From positions 62,001 to 126,000 of the forward strand of contig CBFFRQ010000090.1 in NCBI GenBank assembly GCA_965644315.1: 64,000 nt of DNA, in the 5' to 3' direction. The DNA is from Caecitellus pseudoparvulus. Its lineage: Eukaryota; Protista; Bigyra: Bicosoecida. The position numbers were made by a program, and so were the translations under genes. How positions within the stretch are numbered: the stretch's first letter is position 1; each line of letters begins with the position of its first letter. Below, piece after piece: positions 8,970 through 18,934 of this stretch. The notes under the pieces are model-generated. The model saw only the letters and a program-made list of their open reading frames with translations. It did no database searches and was not told the origin of the DNA.

Positions 8970-11714
8970 CTATTCCAGCGCAAGCTGGCGTCTAGGCCCC
9001 GCCACGCCTCCATGGGCGATGCCGCCACCTCTGGCCCAGGCAGCACGGCGTGCTGCTCCCATGGGGGAGAAGGGCCCTGTGGGGGACAGAAGGCTGGCCA
9101 CGGTGGGGTGGGAAGGCGGCAGGCCCGCTGCATGCACGACACTGTCCATGACCGCCGCAGAGCCAGAGGTGCGGTTGCGCCGGTGGGTGGCCCGGCGCGG
9201 CAGCGAGCCAGTCTGCCCCGCCAAGGCCACCAAGTCTGTGGCAGGCGTGGCAACGCCAGCAGCTGCGAATGCACTTCCGCCTGTTGCTCCCCGTCGTGTG
9301 CGCTGAACTGGCGTGCACATGGCCTGCCTCTGCCCCTTGGCCTCTTGCAGCCTGCGCAGGATAAGCAGGGGGTGGCCTGGCGGCACTTCCTGCACGCGCG
9401 CGTTTCCCGGGGACGGAAACGCCGCTGCGGGGATGATAGTGTACCGCTCAGGGCCGACATCCATCCCAGAAGGGGATGCCACAGAGCTGGCGGCAGGCGT
9501 GGGCGCTGCCGGAGCCATCATCGGCGTGTGCACGGACGAGGGTGTGGCGCACACAGTCGTGGTCATGACGGTGCCTGGGCTGGCTGGCACTTGGACAGGA
9601 GAAGGCGTGGATGCCACTGTCGTCGCGTCAGCCAGTGCTGCCTCCATCTCGGCCAGCCGAGCTTCTGCCTCATCCGCACGAGCCCGCTCGAACGCCAGCG
9701 CATCCTCTGCCGCTCGCGTGCCCGCCGCTGCTGCCTGCGCGGCGGCCTTGGCGGCCTGGACATCTGCTTCCAAAGCTGTGATGCGCCCACTGCGCCAGGC
9801 CTTCTGGGCGGCAGCGTCGGCCTGAGCAGCCTCCTCCACCCGCTTCCGCATCGCCTGGATGCCAGCCAGCGCCGTGCGGGCCATGGCCTCTGGACTTTCC
9901 TCCGCATCCACCGGTGGAGCCCCCGTGCTCCAGGGCTGCACTGCCTCCAGCTGACGCTGCAAGATGCCCTCCAGGCCCAGAAGCTGCGCATGCAGACCTT
10001 GCCGCGCCTTGGCCTCGGTTGCCAGGCGGCAGGCCAGGCGCTGCCCTTGCTCCAGCAGCGCCGCGATGCGTTCCCGACCCTCCTCACGCGCTGCCAAGGC
10101 CAGGGCCAGCTCAGCACTGCTGGCACGCAGCTGTTCTCCAGACTTGCCAAGCCGATGGCGCAGGCGGGTCACCTCCTCCGCAGCCTCGCCCGCCTGGCGC
10201 CGTGCCTCGGTCAGGGCTGCCTCCTGCGCTGCCAACTCTTCTTGGGCGCTGTTCCAGCCAGCGACGCTGTCTGCCAGGTGGATGTGCAGGAGGCGCACTT
10301 GTTCCGACTCCAGCGCAGCCTGCCGAGCAGTTGCTCGGCGTTGCCGGGCAGCAGGCAGCCCCAGTCGCCCAGCGAGCCCCCCCCAGAAGCCAGTCCGCTG
10401 GGCGGGCTGGGCTGGTGCTGCCGGTGCTTGCAGTTCATGCTCACGTGGGTGAGCTTCCCGAGCCTCCTCGTCATCAGACAGACTGACAGACTCCAGGGAG
10501 GGAGAGGAGGGGCCGGTGCTCGGGGCAGCGGACGCCGCCGCCCCCTCCAGCTCCCCACCAAGGAAACGCTGGACCAGGCCTCGCTCCCGGGCCTCTGCGG
10601 CATCTCGGCCAGCCAGAGCCGCTGCCTCCCGCTCCCGGGCCCGCGCCACCGCCTGCACGAGGCTGGTCACCTCCGCACGCAGGGACTCGTTGTCCTGGTG
10701 CAGGGCCTGGGCTCGGGTGTCAAAGACAGAGGCCGCAGCGCGCCACCGTCCCGCAGATGGGGGCCCTGTTGCACCAACCACTGCTTCCGCCCACAGGCGC
10801 TCCTCGCAGCTGGCCTGTGCAGCAGCTGCGTGCAGCAGATCAGCCTGGGTGCCAGCCACCATGGCCTGCATAGCCACTGCCCCGGCAGCAGCGGCGCTGG
10901 CGACGGGGGAGCCAAAGGGCGCCGCCTGGGCCATGCAGTGCAGACTGGCTGCTTTCTCCGCAAGACTGTGCTCGTGCTGCTGCAGTGCCTCGGCGCGGGC
11001 GTTCGCGGCGCTCCACATGGCGGCTTCGGCAGTGGACCCTTCGACGGCCAGCGTGGACACGGCTGCCAGCGCAGCCATCACAGCGACATCAGCCTCCCTG
11101 AAGGCAGCCTCAGCAATGAGGTTTATGTGCCTTGGGGGCAGCCCAGCGCCCCCCACCTGCTCATGCTCTTGAGCTTGTGTCACAGCGCTCCGAATGGCCG
11201 GAGGGGTTTCGGCACCAGCGCCTTGTGCATCAGTTTGGAAGCTGCACAGACCCACCAAGCCAGTTGCTGAGTCTTCACCGTCATTGCAACCTCCAATGTT
11301 GCTGCGGTGGATCCGCCCCTGTTGCAGTCGGCTGAAAGGGGGCGTCTCATGCACGAGCGCGCAGTCTGGCGCGACGTCAACTTCCGCAGTGCTCCCCGGT
11401 GACACAACGGTCGGGGCCAAGACGCAGGCGGTGGGAGACTGCACGCTGCAGCACTCGTCATCTGCCTGCATCAGTGTGCAACCTCCGCCTTGCCAGTCTT
11501 CGCTTGGAAAGGTGCCCTTCACACCGCTGCGGCGCGCAGTTGCGTCACCTGTGACAGGCTGCTCTGTCAACGGACGGGGCTGTGCCGGCTTCTCCTGCCG
11601 AGATTGGGTGTTTCGAGCTAGCACCACGCCTCTCTTATGAGAAGCTCTCTCCTGTTGCAACCCATTTTCTTTCAGGGACCGCAGGGCCCTCGGACTCGGG
11701 GCTGGGACGCTCAT
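8970..11714 (-). CDS. Hypothetical Ala/Glu/Gln-rich coiled-coil protein
   Basis: ORF 8970..11807 (945 aa); likely ATG at 11714 (MSVPAPSPRALRSLKEN). Long heptad-like stretches (AQEELAAQEAALTEARRQ..., RITALEADVQAAK) and a low-complexity C-terminus. Confidence 0.7.
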   Translation of the reverse strand: MSVPAPSPRALRSLKENGLQQERASHKRGVVLARNTQSRQEKPAQPRPLTEQPVTGDATARRSGVKGTFPSEDWQGGGCTLMQADDECCSVQSPTACVLAPTVVSPGSTAEVDVAPDCALVHETPPFSRLQQGRIHRSNIGGCNDGEDSATGLVGLCSFQTDAQGAGAETPPAIRSAVTQAQEHEQVGGAGLPPRHINLIAEAAFREADVAVMAALAAVSTLAVEGSTAEAAMWSAANARAEALQQHEHSLAEKAASLHCMAQAAPFGSPVASAAAAGAVAMQAMVAGTQADLLHAAAAQASCEERLWAEAVVGATGPPSAGRWRAAASVFDTRAQALHQDNESLRAEVTSLVQAVARAREREAAALAGRDAAEARERGLVQRFLGGELEGAAASAAPSTGPSSPSLESVSLSDDEEAREAHPREHELQAPAAPAQPAQRTGFWGGLAGRLGLPAARQRRATARQAALESEQVRLLHIHLADSVAGWNSAQEELAAQEAALTEARRQAGEAAEEVTRLRHRLGKSGEQLRASSAELALALAAREEGRERIAALLEQGQRLACRLATEAKARQGLHAQLLGLEGILQRQLEAVQPWSTGAPPVDAEESPEAMARTALAGIQAMRKRVEEAAQADAAAQKAWRSGRITALEADVQAAKAAAQAAAAGTRAAEDALAFERARADEAEARLAEMEAALADATTVASTPSPVQVPASPGTVMTTTVCATPSSVHTPMMAPAAPTPAASSVASPSGMDVGPERYTIIPAAAFPSPGNARVQEVPPGHPLLILRRLQEAKGQRQAMCTPVQRTRRGATGGSAFAAAGVATPATDLVALAGQTGSLPRRATHRRNRTSGSAAVMDSVVHAAGLPPSHPTVASLLSPTGPFSPMGAARRAAWARGGGIAHGGVAGPRRQLALE

Positions 11715-12154
11715 GGCTGGCGCTGGTGCACGTGAGTGGCTCCTCAGCACTCGGTGGCTCCGCTTGAGGGGCACTGCCGGCTGCCAGCTCGTGCCAGACG
11801 AGTTCAAGTGGGTGGAGGTTCAGCTGATTTGTTGTTCTGGGTGAGTGTGTGTGGAGTGCTCCCGTGCCGCCCTCGCGTGCAAGACAGCCTACCAGCTATG
11901 GGTGTGCCCAACTCCCGTGCGAACCCTGAGCACTACCGGCCACCGCTCGGGCCCAGCACTTGCCAAAAGCAGCCCGCAATCAAGTTCATTTTGTCTTCTA
12001 CTCCCAGGATTATTCCGAACTTCCCTCCCTCCCGCAATGCTGCAACATTGAGCAGATTCCTGCGACACCTTGCAGAGAGTTCGATTTCCGCGGGCCACCA
12101 CGCCAGCGTGCACCGGCACGGCGCATCCCCTGCAAGCAGCTCCTGCGACACGCC

Positions 12155-13018
12155 ATGCTTTCCCGCGCTGCCAGCGTGACACGGACCCTGGCGTCGGCCT
12201 CCAGCACCGCGACAGCCGCGCCCCTGCACACCCTCGTGCTGATGCGGCATGGCGAGAGCGAGTGGAACCAAGCAAACCTCTTCACTGGCTGGCATGACGC
12301 AGGCCTGACGGCCAAGGGCGAAGCCGAGGCAACTCAAGCAGGGGAAGCCATGGCAGAGGCGGGGTTCCAGTTCGACATCGCGTACACGAGCGTCCTGCGC
12401 CGCGCCATTACAACTCTGTGGCGAGCCCAGGTTGCCATGGGCACAGAGTGGCTGCCAGTGGTGCGGGACTGGCGCCTGAACGAGCGACATTACGGTGCCC
12501 TCACTGGCTTGAACAAGGCTGAAACCACCGCCAAGTACGGGGAGGAACAGGTGAAGGTGTGGCGCCGGTCGTATGACACGCCCCCTCCCCCCCTCACGGA
12601 GGACTCAGAGTACTGGCCAGGGCATGACCGCAGGTACGCTGGCGTGCCCAAGAGCAGCCTACCCAAGAGTGAGTCCCTGGCCAACACGCTGGACCGCGTG
12701 CTGCCTGCGTGGAACGACAGCCTGGCGCCGGCCTTGTCTGACGGCAAGCAGGTGTTGGTGGTGGCCCACGGCAACTCCCTGCGAGCGCTGGTGAAGCACC
12801 TGGACAGCGTGTCGGAGAAGAAGATCACGGGGCTGAACATCCCCACGGGTGTGCCCCTCGTGTACAAACTGGATGAGTACACACTGCGCCCCGTGCCACA
12901 CGGGGACGAGACGGCACGCGTGCCGCACCTCACGGCCAACTACCTCGGGGACATCGCCGCCATCAAAGCGGCCGTGGCTGGCGTGGAGGCGCAGGCATCT
13001 GCCAAGCCCGAGGCGTGA
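12155..13018 (+). CDS. gpmA: 2,3-BPG-dependent phosphoglycerate mutase with N-terminal mitochondrial-type presequence
   Basis: [12 protein letters not shown] (RHG catalytic His), [22 protein letters not shown] and VAHGNSLR. The N-terminus [23 protein letters not shown] is Arg/Ser/Ala/Thr-rich with no acidic residues. Confidence 0.95.
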   Translation: MLSRAASVTRTLASASSTATAAPLHTLVLMRHGESEWNQANLFTGWHDAGLTAKGEAEATQAGEAMAEAGFQFDIAYTSVLRRAITTLWRAQVAMGTEWLPVVRDWRLNERHYGALTGLNKAETTAKYGEEQVKVWRRSYDTPPPPLTEDSEYWPGHDRRYAGVPKSSLPKSESLANTLDRVLPAWNDSLAPALSDGKQVLVVAHGNSLRALVKHLDSVSEKKITGLNIPTGVPLVYKLDEYTLRPVPHGDETARVPHLTANYLGDIAAIKAAVAGVEAQASAKPEA

Positions 13019-13067
13019 ATGCATTGGACGGGGCCTGTCGCCTGTGCGACGCCCCCCCCTGGCCCGC

Positions 13068-14589
13068 TCACTTGCCCTTGCCAAATGCGCCGCCCCATGC
13101 TGGGTCATCCCCCCCCAGAGCTTCAGAGGTCCAGTCCTCATCCACTGGAGTGGTGCTCTCGGCAGCAGTGCCCTCTCCATCCTCCTGCATCAGGGCCAGG
13201 ACATCATCCAAACTGTCCTCCAGGCCCACACCTGCGCCGGCAGCGCTAGCACCGGCGGAGGCCGTACCCTCCATGAAACCAGCCATGGCGGCATGGGCCT
13301 CTGAGCGCAGCTGCTCCGCAGGCTTGCCGTAGTACAGCTCCTCCAGCTGCAGGCCCAGGCCGGAGGGTGTGCCGCCGGAGGAGGCAGGGATGTCGTGCGC
13401 GAAAGAGGCGGCTGTCATGTCGTCCAGCTCGCCCTCCTCCGCCGCCTCCGCCGCCGCCACGGCCTGCACCGCCGTCTCTTCCTCCCAATCGGACGGGTAC
13501 CCGTCCTCGAAGGCGTCTGGGCCGGGGCCAGCAGCGGCCGCGGCGGTCAACTGGTGCACGTGCATGCGCTTGCGGGTCTCCGAGGCCAGGCGCTTGGAGG
13601 CAGCGTTGGCGAAGAACTCCTCATACTGCCACGGGTACTTCATGGCGAAGGTGTCCTCATTGATCAGTTCGTCAATGCGGTCCTCTGGGATCCAGGCGGC
13701 GGCATCCGCCTCCAGCTTGTCCAGCCACTCGGCCCGACGGGCAGCCACGTTGGCCAGCCACAACTGCTGGGCGCGGGAGGCAGCCTCGCGCTTCACTCTG
13801 TGAGGGGGCGTTAAGCGCGGACTGTGCAGGGCAGGCGCCCAGCCCGCACCATGCAGGGAACAACGTACCCTCGGAGTTTGGCCTGCTGGGACAGGGTCTG
13901 GCGGTGCAGGGCCGCGCGCAAGGCCTTGTGCTCATCCTTGCGCGCACGGCGCAACGCGGCACGGCGGTTGCTCTCCTCCACGATGGACCTGGTGGACGAG
14001 GGGGCAACAGGCAGGGTGAAAGGGTGGGCGTGTGAAGTTGGGAAGGTCCAGTACGCACTGCATGGCAGCTGCCTCCCGCTCACGGCGAGCGGCCCACTCC
14101 TGGGAGTACTGCTTGCGCACAGCAGTCATCTGCGGAAGGTGGGTGAAATGGGTGTGCTTGCCCGTGCAGTGGCAGTACCTTGCGGCCAACCGCCACGCAC
14201 CTCAGCCTTGAACTCCCGGCGCCGAGCAGCAAACTCCGCAGAGCTCGTTGGGACGGGGCGGGGGGCAATCTTCTCCACCAAGTTCACGTCCAGCTCGCCC
14301 ATCTTCCGGGCCTCTTCCCTCACGACAGATCGGGGTGGGTGCATGAACAGCTTGTGCTTGATGGTCTGCGCAGGCAGCGCGCGGGGGCCGCCGTGCATGC
14401 ACCTGGCAAGGTGGTGGTCTGCCTCATTTTCCGCGCCGGCGTACTCACAGCACGGTGCCGCCCTGTGCGTGCAAAGCGCAGCTGCTGGAGCTGCGTAGCT
14501 TGGCTGGCCACCAGGGATCGCGTGGACAGCGCTGCAGCACGAGCTGCAGCGGCTCCTCCAGCACAGGAGGCCGCAATGGGTGTCCACAT
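13068..14589 (-). CDS. Mitochondrion-targeted helical protein, probably mitoribosomal small-subunit protein mS26 (5 exons)
   Basis: Introns approx. 14366-14448, 14130-14200, 13989-14058 and one ending near 13800-13830 (donor 13868). Presequence ...TQLQQLRFARTGRHR; long charged helix (AEFAARRREFKAE-MTAVRKQYSQEW...) ending in WIPEDRIDELINE, resembling the mS26 C-terminal W/F-I-x-x-x-x-L motif. Acidic tail. Confidence 0.55.
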
Positions 14590-14988
14590 GGCGCCTGCTC
14601 GAGTGCTGAGCCAGTGAGGCTGAGGGGCTGCTCCAAGCCAGCACACTTTCAGCAGGGCGGAACAAAAGCAAGTGACCAGGTGTCGGCACCTGCTGATGAT
14701 CGTAGTTGGGATTTGCCTGCTCAAGAAGTGTGCCACGCCTCTCCTGTGAATGCCAGGAGGAGTGCAGTGCGGGACTTGAGCTGCCCAATCCGAGGGCAGC
14801 CTCTGCGCGTGCAGGCGGAGCGAGGCCAGGCAAGAAACTGTGCCTTCCACTCCGTGGTCTGCGGCTGTCTCCTCCTTCTCCTCCAGGGCGGAGTCCGGCT
14901 GCGCTCGGCACAGGGCCGCGGTCGCCACCTCGCTGGGGCTGCAAAGCCAGCGTTTCTTGCACCATCAAGCAGCAACTGAAAGCTCAGC

Positions 14989-17900
14989 ATGGCGGCTGCG
15001 TCAGCGGGCGTGGTGGCTCCAGCCCCTGAGACCAAGCCCTTACTGCAGACCTCCCTCCTGGTCGTGCAGGATGTGCCGCGAGCCCTCACCTTCTGCTCCT
15101 TCTTGGTGTGCATGGCTGTGCTTGCGGGACAAGTCGCTGTGGGCACCTACACCTCAGCGCCCATGCAAGCCACGGAGATGGCTGCCGCCTGGCTAGTTGG
15201 CTATGGCCCGCTCCTAGGCAGTCTGGCCTTGGCCTCGTACTTCGCCAGCTCCCGTGTGGAGCCGTACGCAGCCGCGTCAGTGCTGGTGCACGCGCTGCTC
15301 TCGGCCGTCGCAGTGCTGGTGGTCACCATCCTGACTGGGGTCTTCCAGGGGGCAGTCGTCATGTGCCCACCCTTGCGCACGGCTCTGCTGGGCGTCGTCG
15401 TCGTGAGTGGCTGGAACGCCATCGCGCGCACACTGCTGCTTGCCTGGCCGCCCTGCGACGCCGCAAAGCACTGGGGGCTGCACGCCTCGGCGCTGACGTG
15501 GTGGATGTTCGTGGGCATGTCCCTGGCTCCTCTCCTTGGCTTTTACGCGGATGTGCGCGCCGAAATGGGCCTGGCCGTGCTGAGTATGGCGGCCTGTGCA
15601 GTCTTCGCCGTTTTGGTGATTCGACCTTTGGCCGGCGCCCCTGTCGAACGCGTCCCACACCTGCTGCGCCCCGTCATGGAGCCCTTGACCTTCTCACACA
15701 CTGCCAGTGCTGCCCCAGTGTCCTGCTCCGTGCAGTCCTTCACGGAGATGCACGGGAGCCGCTTTGTGTGGGCGGCCGTTGCTGGCTCTATTCTCGTGCT
15801 GCTGGCGACGCTGGGCTGGAACGTCGCCGACTACTCCTGCGCCCTGGACGTCCTGGACACGAACCGTGAGGAGGGGGCCCGCTCGGCGTGGGCATCCCAC
15901 ACCAGTGCCGCACTGGAGTCGTGCGAAGACGACGTCGCGCACTTCTTCCCTTGGCGCGTCCTGCTCGCGTTTTGCGGCATGTCTCTCTGGTTCTCCACAC
16001 TCATGGTGGCGGTCGTGAGCTACCTGCTCACTGTCGTGAACCAGACTTCCGACCAGCAAACCCGTGGGCAGGAGGAAACCAGTGCCATGCTGCGTTGGCT
16101 ATCCCACGAGTGCCGCTCGCCCATCGGCGTGGCTCTGCTTGCGCTGGAGAATGCCAGTCAGGAAGCCCTGCTTGCCCTGCGCCAGCAGGCCCTGGCACAG
16201 GCCACTGCCGTCGGCGCCAGGGCAGAGCACCATCTGTCCCGCACCGTGGACAGCAAGCACGGTGTGCTGCCTCACGTGCCCGCCCTGGCGCCGGGCGGGG
16301 TGGGCGGAAGCCCTGGCAAGGCCAAGCACGCAGATGGCACGCTTGACTTGGTGCGTGCAGGGGACAGCCACCGCCACGGCACAGCAGCCAGCGAGCAGTC
16401 TGATGGTGGCAGCGGGGAGGACCTGCTGTGGATTTACCGGGCCCTGGAGGACGACGTGCGCAACGTCAGCCAACCCCTCACCATGCTCAGCGGCGTGCTA
16501 GACAACATGCTCGTGTACCTGCAGAAGCGGGAGCGGGCCAGCCAGCTGGGCCGGTCCTCTCAGCCCCTGCCTGCGCCCCGCCTGAACGTGCACCACAGCC
16601 TGCAGTCCTTCGAGCAGATGATGCAGCACCTCGTGGAGCTGTACGACGTCCCGCCTCCGCAGCTCAAACGCCAGTTCACGTTCATCCTACCGGGGGATGG
16701 ACCTCCCTGCACCCTGCATGGGGCAGTGGGCATGGAGCTGGTGCTGGAGCATGGGCTGTGGGGATACACCCCAGTCGCGCCCTCCACGCTGAAGCAGGGC
16801 CTGGTGAACCTCTTCACAAACGCCTTGAAGTACGGCGCATCTGGGGCGCCGCCCACCGCCCAGCCGGCGGACCCTGACTCGTCAGATGACTCAGCACGCG
16901 GGCCCACCCTTGGCACTGCACACATCGCAGTCAAAGTTGCGGTGGAGGTGGCGGGGGACGCACCCTTGCCCCGCAACATGCAGCTGCCCGACGAGTCCAC
17001 CTTCCTCAGCACTGCCGCTGGCACCCTGTCCGTGACGGTGACTGACCAGGGCCGCGGCATGGCCGAACAAGACTTGACATCCCTCTTCCAGCCCTTCACA
17101 CGCCTGCGCTCCGGGCAGCAGCAAAAGGGCACGGGCATGGGGCTGTGGCTCATGCGGGAGCTGCTCAAGAGCCAGGGCGGCGACCTCACCGCTGCCTCTG
17201 CAGGGCCCGGCTGTGGCTGCTCCTTCACCCTCACCCTCCCTGTGGCCATGCAAGTGGCCCACGTGCGCAGTCTGCTCGCCCTGTCTGACCCGCGTGCGAG
17301 CGTGGATGAATACCAGCCATTTCGGGTGGTGCACCTCGGCGCTGGCGAGCTGCCGGAGGCGCCCCTGGACAAGGAGGACTCGGCCTCCATCCCACACCGC
17401 GACATCGCAGGCCCAGAAACCAGCGTCATGCAGAGCCTGCTCAGTCGCTCTGATGGTGCTGTGGGGCACATGGGCCGGCACTCGGCAGCCAGTGGCGGCA
17501 CGGGGGGCCTGCGCATGCGCTCGCATGGCGGTAGCTCAGGCGGCACGCGGTTCTCCGCCATGCGGGAGGAGTCCCTGGACGTCCTCAGCACCAACGCCCA
17601 GTACGGTCCGTCGCCGGATGTGGTTCAGGCTGGGCAGCACGGCGGCTCGCCTGGCGCTGGGCAGGCCTTTGCTGCCACGGAGCTGTTCGATGCCCTGCAA
17701 GATCGAGCTCTGGGCACGGGTGGCCTGAGCTCCATCTCGGAGGCTTGCGCCTCCCTGCCGCCCGCTGGCTCTCCCCATGCCATGCGGCGCCAAGGCAGCA
17801 CGGGGTCGCCCCAGGACCCTGCTGCATCCGGTGCGGGGACGGCTGCTCGGCATGGCGTGCCGCTGACCCCTGGTGCGGCAGCGGCGCTGCAGCGCGGCCC

Positions 17901-18753
17901 TGAGAGCCGGGCGAGATCCAAGCGCCGCAGCGGTGCCATGTCCAACGAAGCAGCAGGCCTGCGCATCCTGCTTGTAGACGACTCCAAGCCCCTGCGTCGT
18001 CAACTGTCAAGGTCCCTGGAACGACTCGGGGCCACCGTGAGCACTGCCGTGGACGGGGCGGACGCGCTGCAGGTCATTGGCACGACCAAAGATCAGATCC
18101 ACGTTATCCTCTGCGATCTGTCCATGCCAGTCATGGACGGTCCGGGCCTGGCCAGTGCCCTGCGCACGGCTGGCGTCCTGCGCAAGCTTAGAGGCAGTGC
18201 GGATGGCACGTCCCAGCCGCCAGCCATGCCGTTTGTGCTTTCCACGGTGAAGGCCGACTTTAAGGTGCCGCAGCCAGGGGCAGAAGGTGGCCCGTCTGCG
18301 GTAGAGACCAGTCCGTCCAGCCAGGCCTCGCGAGCCCTCACGCCCACAGGCTCCACGCGGGATGCTTCTGGGCTGCCGCCGTCTGACATCGGCTCCACCA
18401 CCGAGTTGACTGGCACGGTAGCCTTGAAGGCCACCGCCAGCTCCTCGGGCGGTAGCAGCCAGGCTGGCTCCCTCATCCACCCGGCAGTGGGCCGGGGCCA
18501 GACGTCCATGGACCCTGGGTCAGCCCAGCAACCCTCAGCGCTGGACAGCCAGCCAACCCGCAGCGCAGGCGAGCTGGCGGCGCTCTTCCCAGGCCTTGCC
18601 TTCGTCGGCCTGACGGGCAACGGCGTGCAGGAGGATCTTGTGCGGTTCAGGCAAGCTGGGGCGCACCTCGTCCTCACCAAGCCCTCCTCGGCCAAGGACA
18701 TCATTGCAAGCGCAGCGCGAGTGCTGCTTGCATTGCACGCCGAGCTTGGGTAA
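14989..18753 (+). CDS. Membrane-bound hybrid histidine kinase 3
   Basis: 1254-aa ORF with about 8 TM segments, MLRWLSHECRSP, QPLTMLSGVLDNMLVYL, VNLFTNALKYG, DQGRGM and GTGMGLWLMRELL. Receiver ILLVDDSKPLRR...LCDLSMPVMDGP ... FVGLTGNG...GAHLVLTKP. Confidence 0.93.
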   Translation: MAAASAGVVAPAPETKPLLQTSLLVVQDVPRALTFCSFLVCMAVLAGQVAVGTYTSAPMQATEMAAAWLVGYGPLLGSLALASYFASSRVEPYAAASVLVHALLSAVAVLVVTILTGVFQGAVVMCPPLRTALLGVVVVSGWNAIARTLLLAWPPCDAAKHWGLHASALTWWMFVGMSLAPLLGFYADVRAEMGLAVLSMAACAVFAVLVIRPLAGAPVERVPHLLRPVMEPLTFSHTASAAPVSCSVQSFTEMHGSRFVWAAVAGSILVLLATLGWNVADYSCALDVLDTNREEGARSAWASHTSAALESCEDDVAHFFPWRVLLAFCGMSLWFSTLMVAVVSYLLTVVNQTSDQQTRGQEETSAMLRWLSHECRSPIGVALLALENASQEALLALRQQALAQATAVGARAEHHLSRTVDSKHGVLPHVPALAPGGVGGSPGKAKHADGTLDLVRAGDSHRHGTAASEQSDGGSGEDLLWIYRALEDDVRNVSQPLTMLSGVLDNMLVYLQKRERASQLGRSSQPLPAPRLNVHHSLQSFEQMMQHLVELYDVPPPQLKRQFTFILPGDGPPCTLHGAVGMELVLEHGLWGYTPVAPSTLKQGLVNLFTNALKYGASGAPPTAQPADPDSSDDSARGPTLGTAHIAVKVAVEVAGDAPLPRNMQLPDESTFLSTAAGTLSVTVTDQGRGMAEQDLTSLFQPFTRLRSGQQQKGTGMGLWLMRELLKSQGGDLTAASAGPGCGCSFTLTLPVAMQVAHVRSLLALSDPRASVDEYQPFRVVHLGAGELPEAPLDKEDSASIPHRDIAGPETSVMQSLLSRSDGAVGHMGRHSAASGGTGGLRMRSHGGSSGGTRFSAMREESLDVLSTNAQYGPSPDVVQAGQHGGSPGAGQAFAATELFDALQDRALGTGGLSSISEACASLPPAGSPHAMRRQGSTGSPQDPAASGAGTAARHGVPLTPGAAAALQRGPESRARSKRRSGAMSNEAAGLRILLVDDSKPLRRQLSRSLERLGATVSTAVDGADALQVIGTTKDQIHVILCDLSMPVMDGPGLASALRTAGVLRKLRGSADGTSQPPAMPFVLSTVKADFKVPQPGAEGGPSAVETSPSSQASRALTPTGSTRDASGLPPSDIGSTTELTGTVALKATASSSGGSSQAGSLIHPAVGRGQTSMDPGSAQQPSALDSQPTRSAGELAALFPGLAFVGLTGNGVQEDLVRFRQAGAHLVLTKPSSAKDIIASAARVLLALHAELG

Positions 18754-18934
18754 GCTGCGCTGCTGCAGTCTGCCCCCGGCACATTTCTCAGACACGCCAA
18801 ATACAATCACTTGTTCACTGGCAAGGTGCTTGTCCCATCGCACTTAGAGTGCGAGGGGAGCAGCAGGCTTCTGCTGCGGGACGTCAGACCTTGGAGCTTG
18901 GACTTGCGGAAACTGCACCGCCACCAGCCCGGCC

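Noticed and set aside
8913-11270. 785-aa plus-strand ORF
   Set aside because: Antisense shadow of the coiled-coil gene. Arg/Gly/Cys/His-rich composition with no domain, as expected in GC-rich DNA.
1-18753. Bacterial contamination or a bacterial two-component operon
   Set aside because: The kinases are interleaved with intron-containing eukaryotic genes, share their composition and carry eukaryote-style low-complexity inserts.
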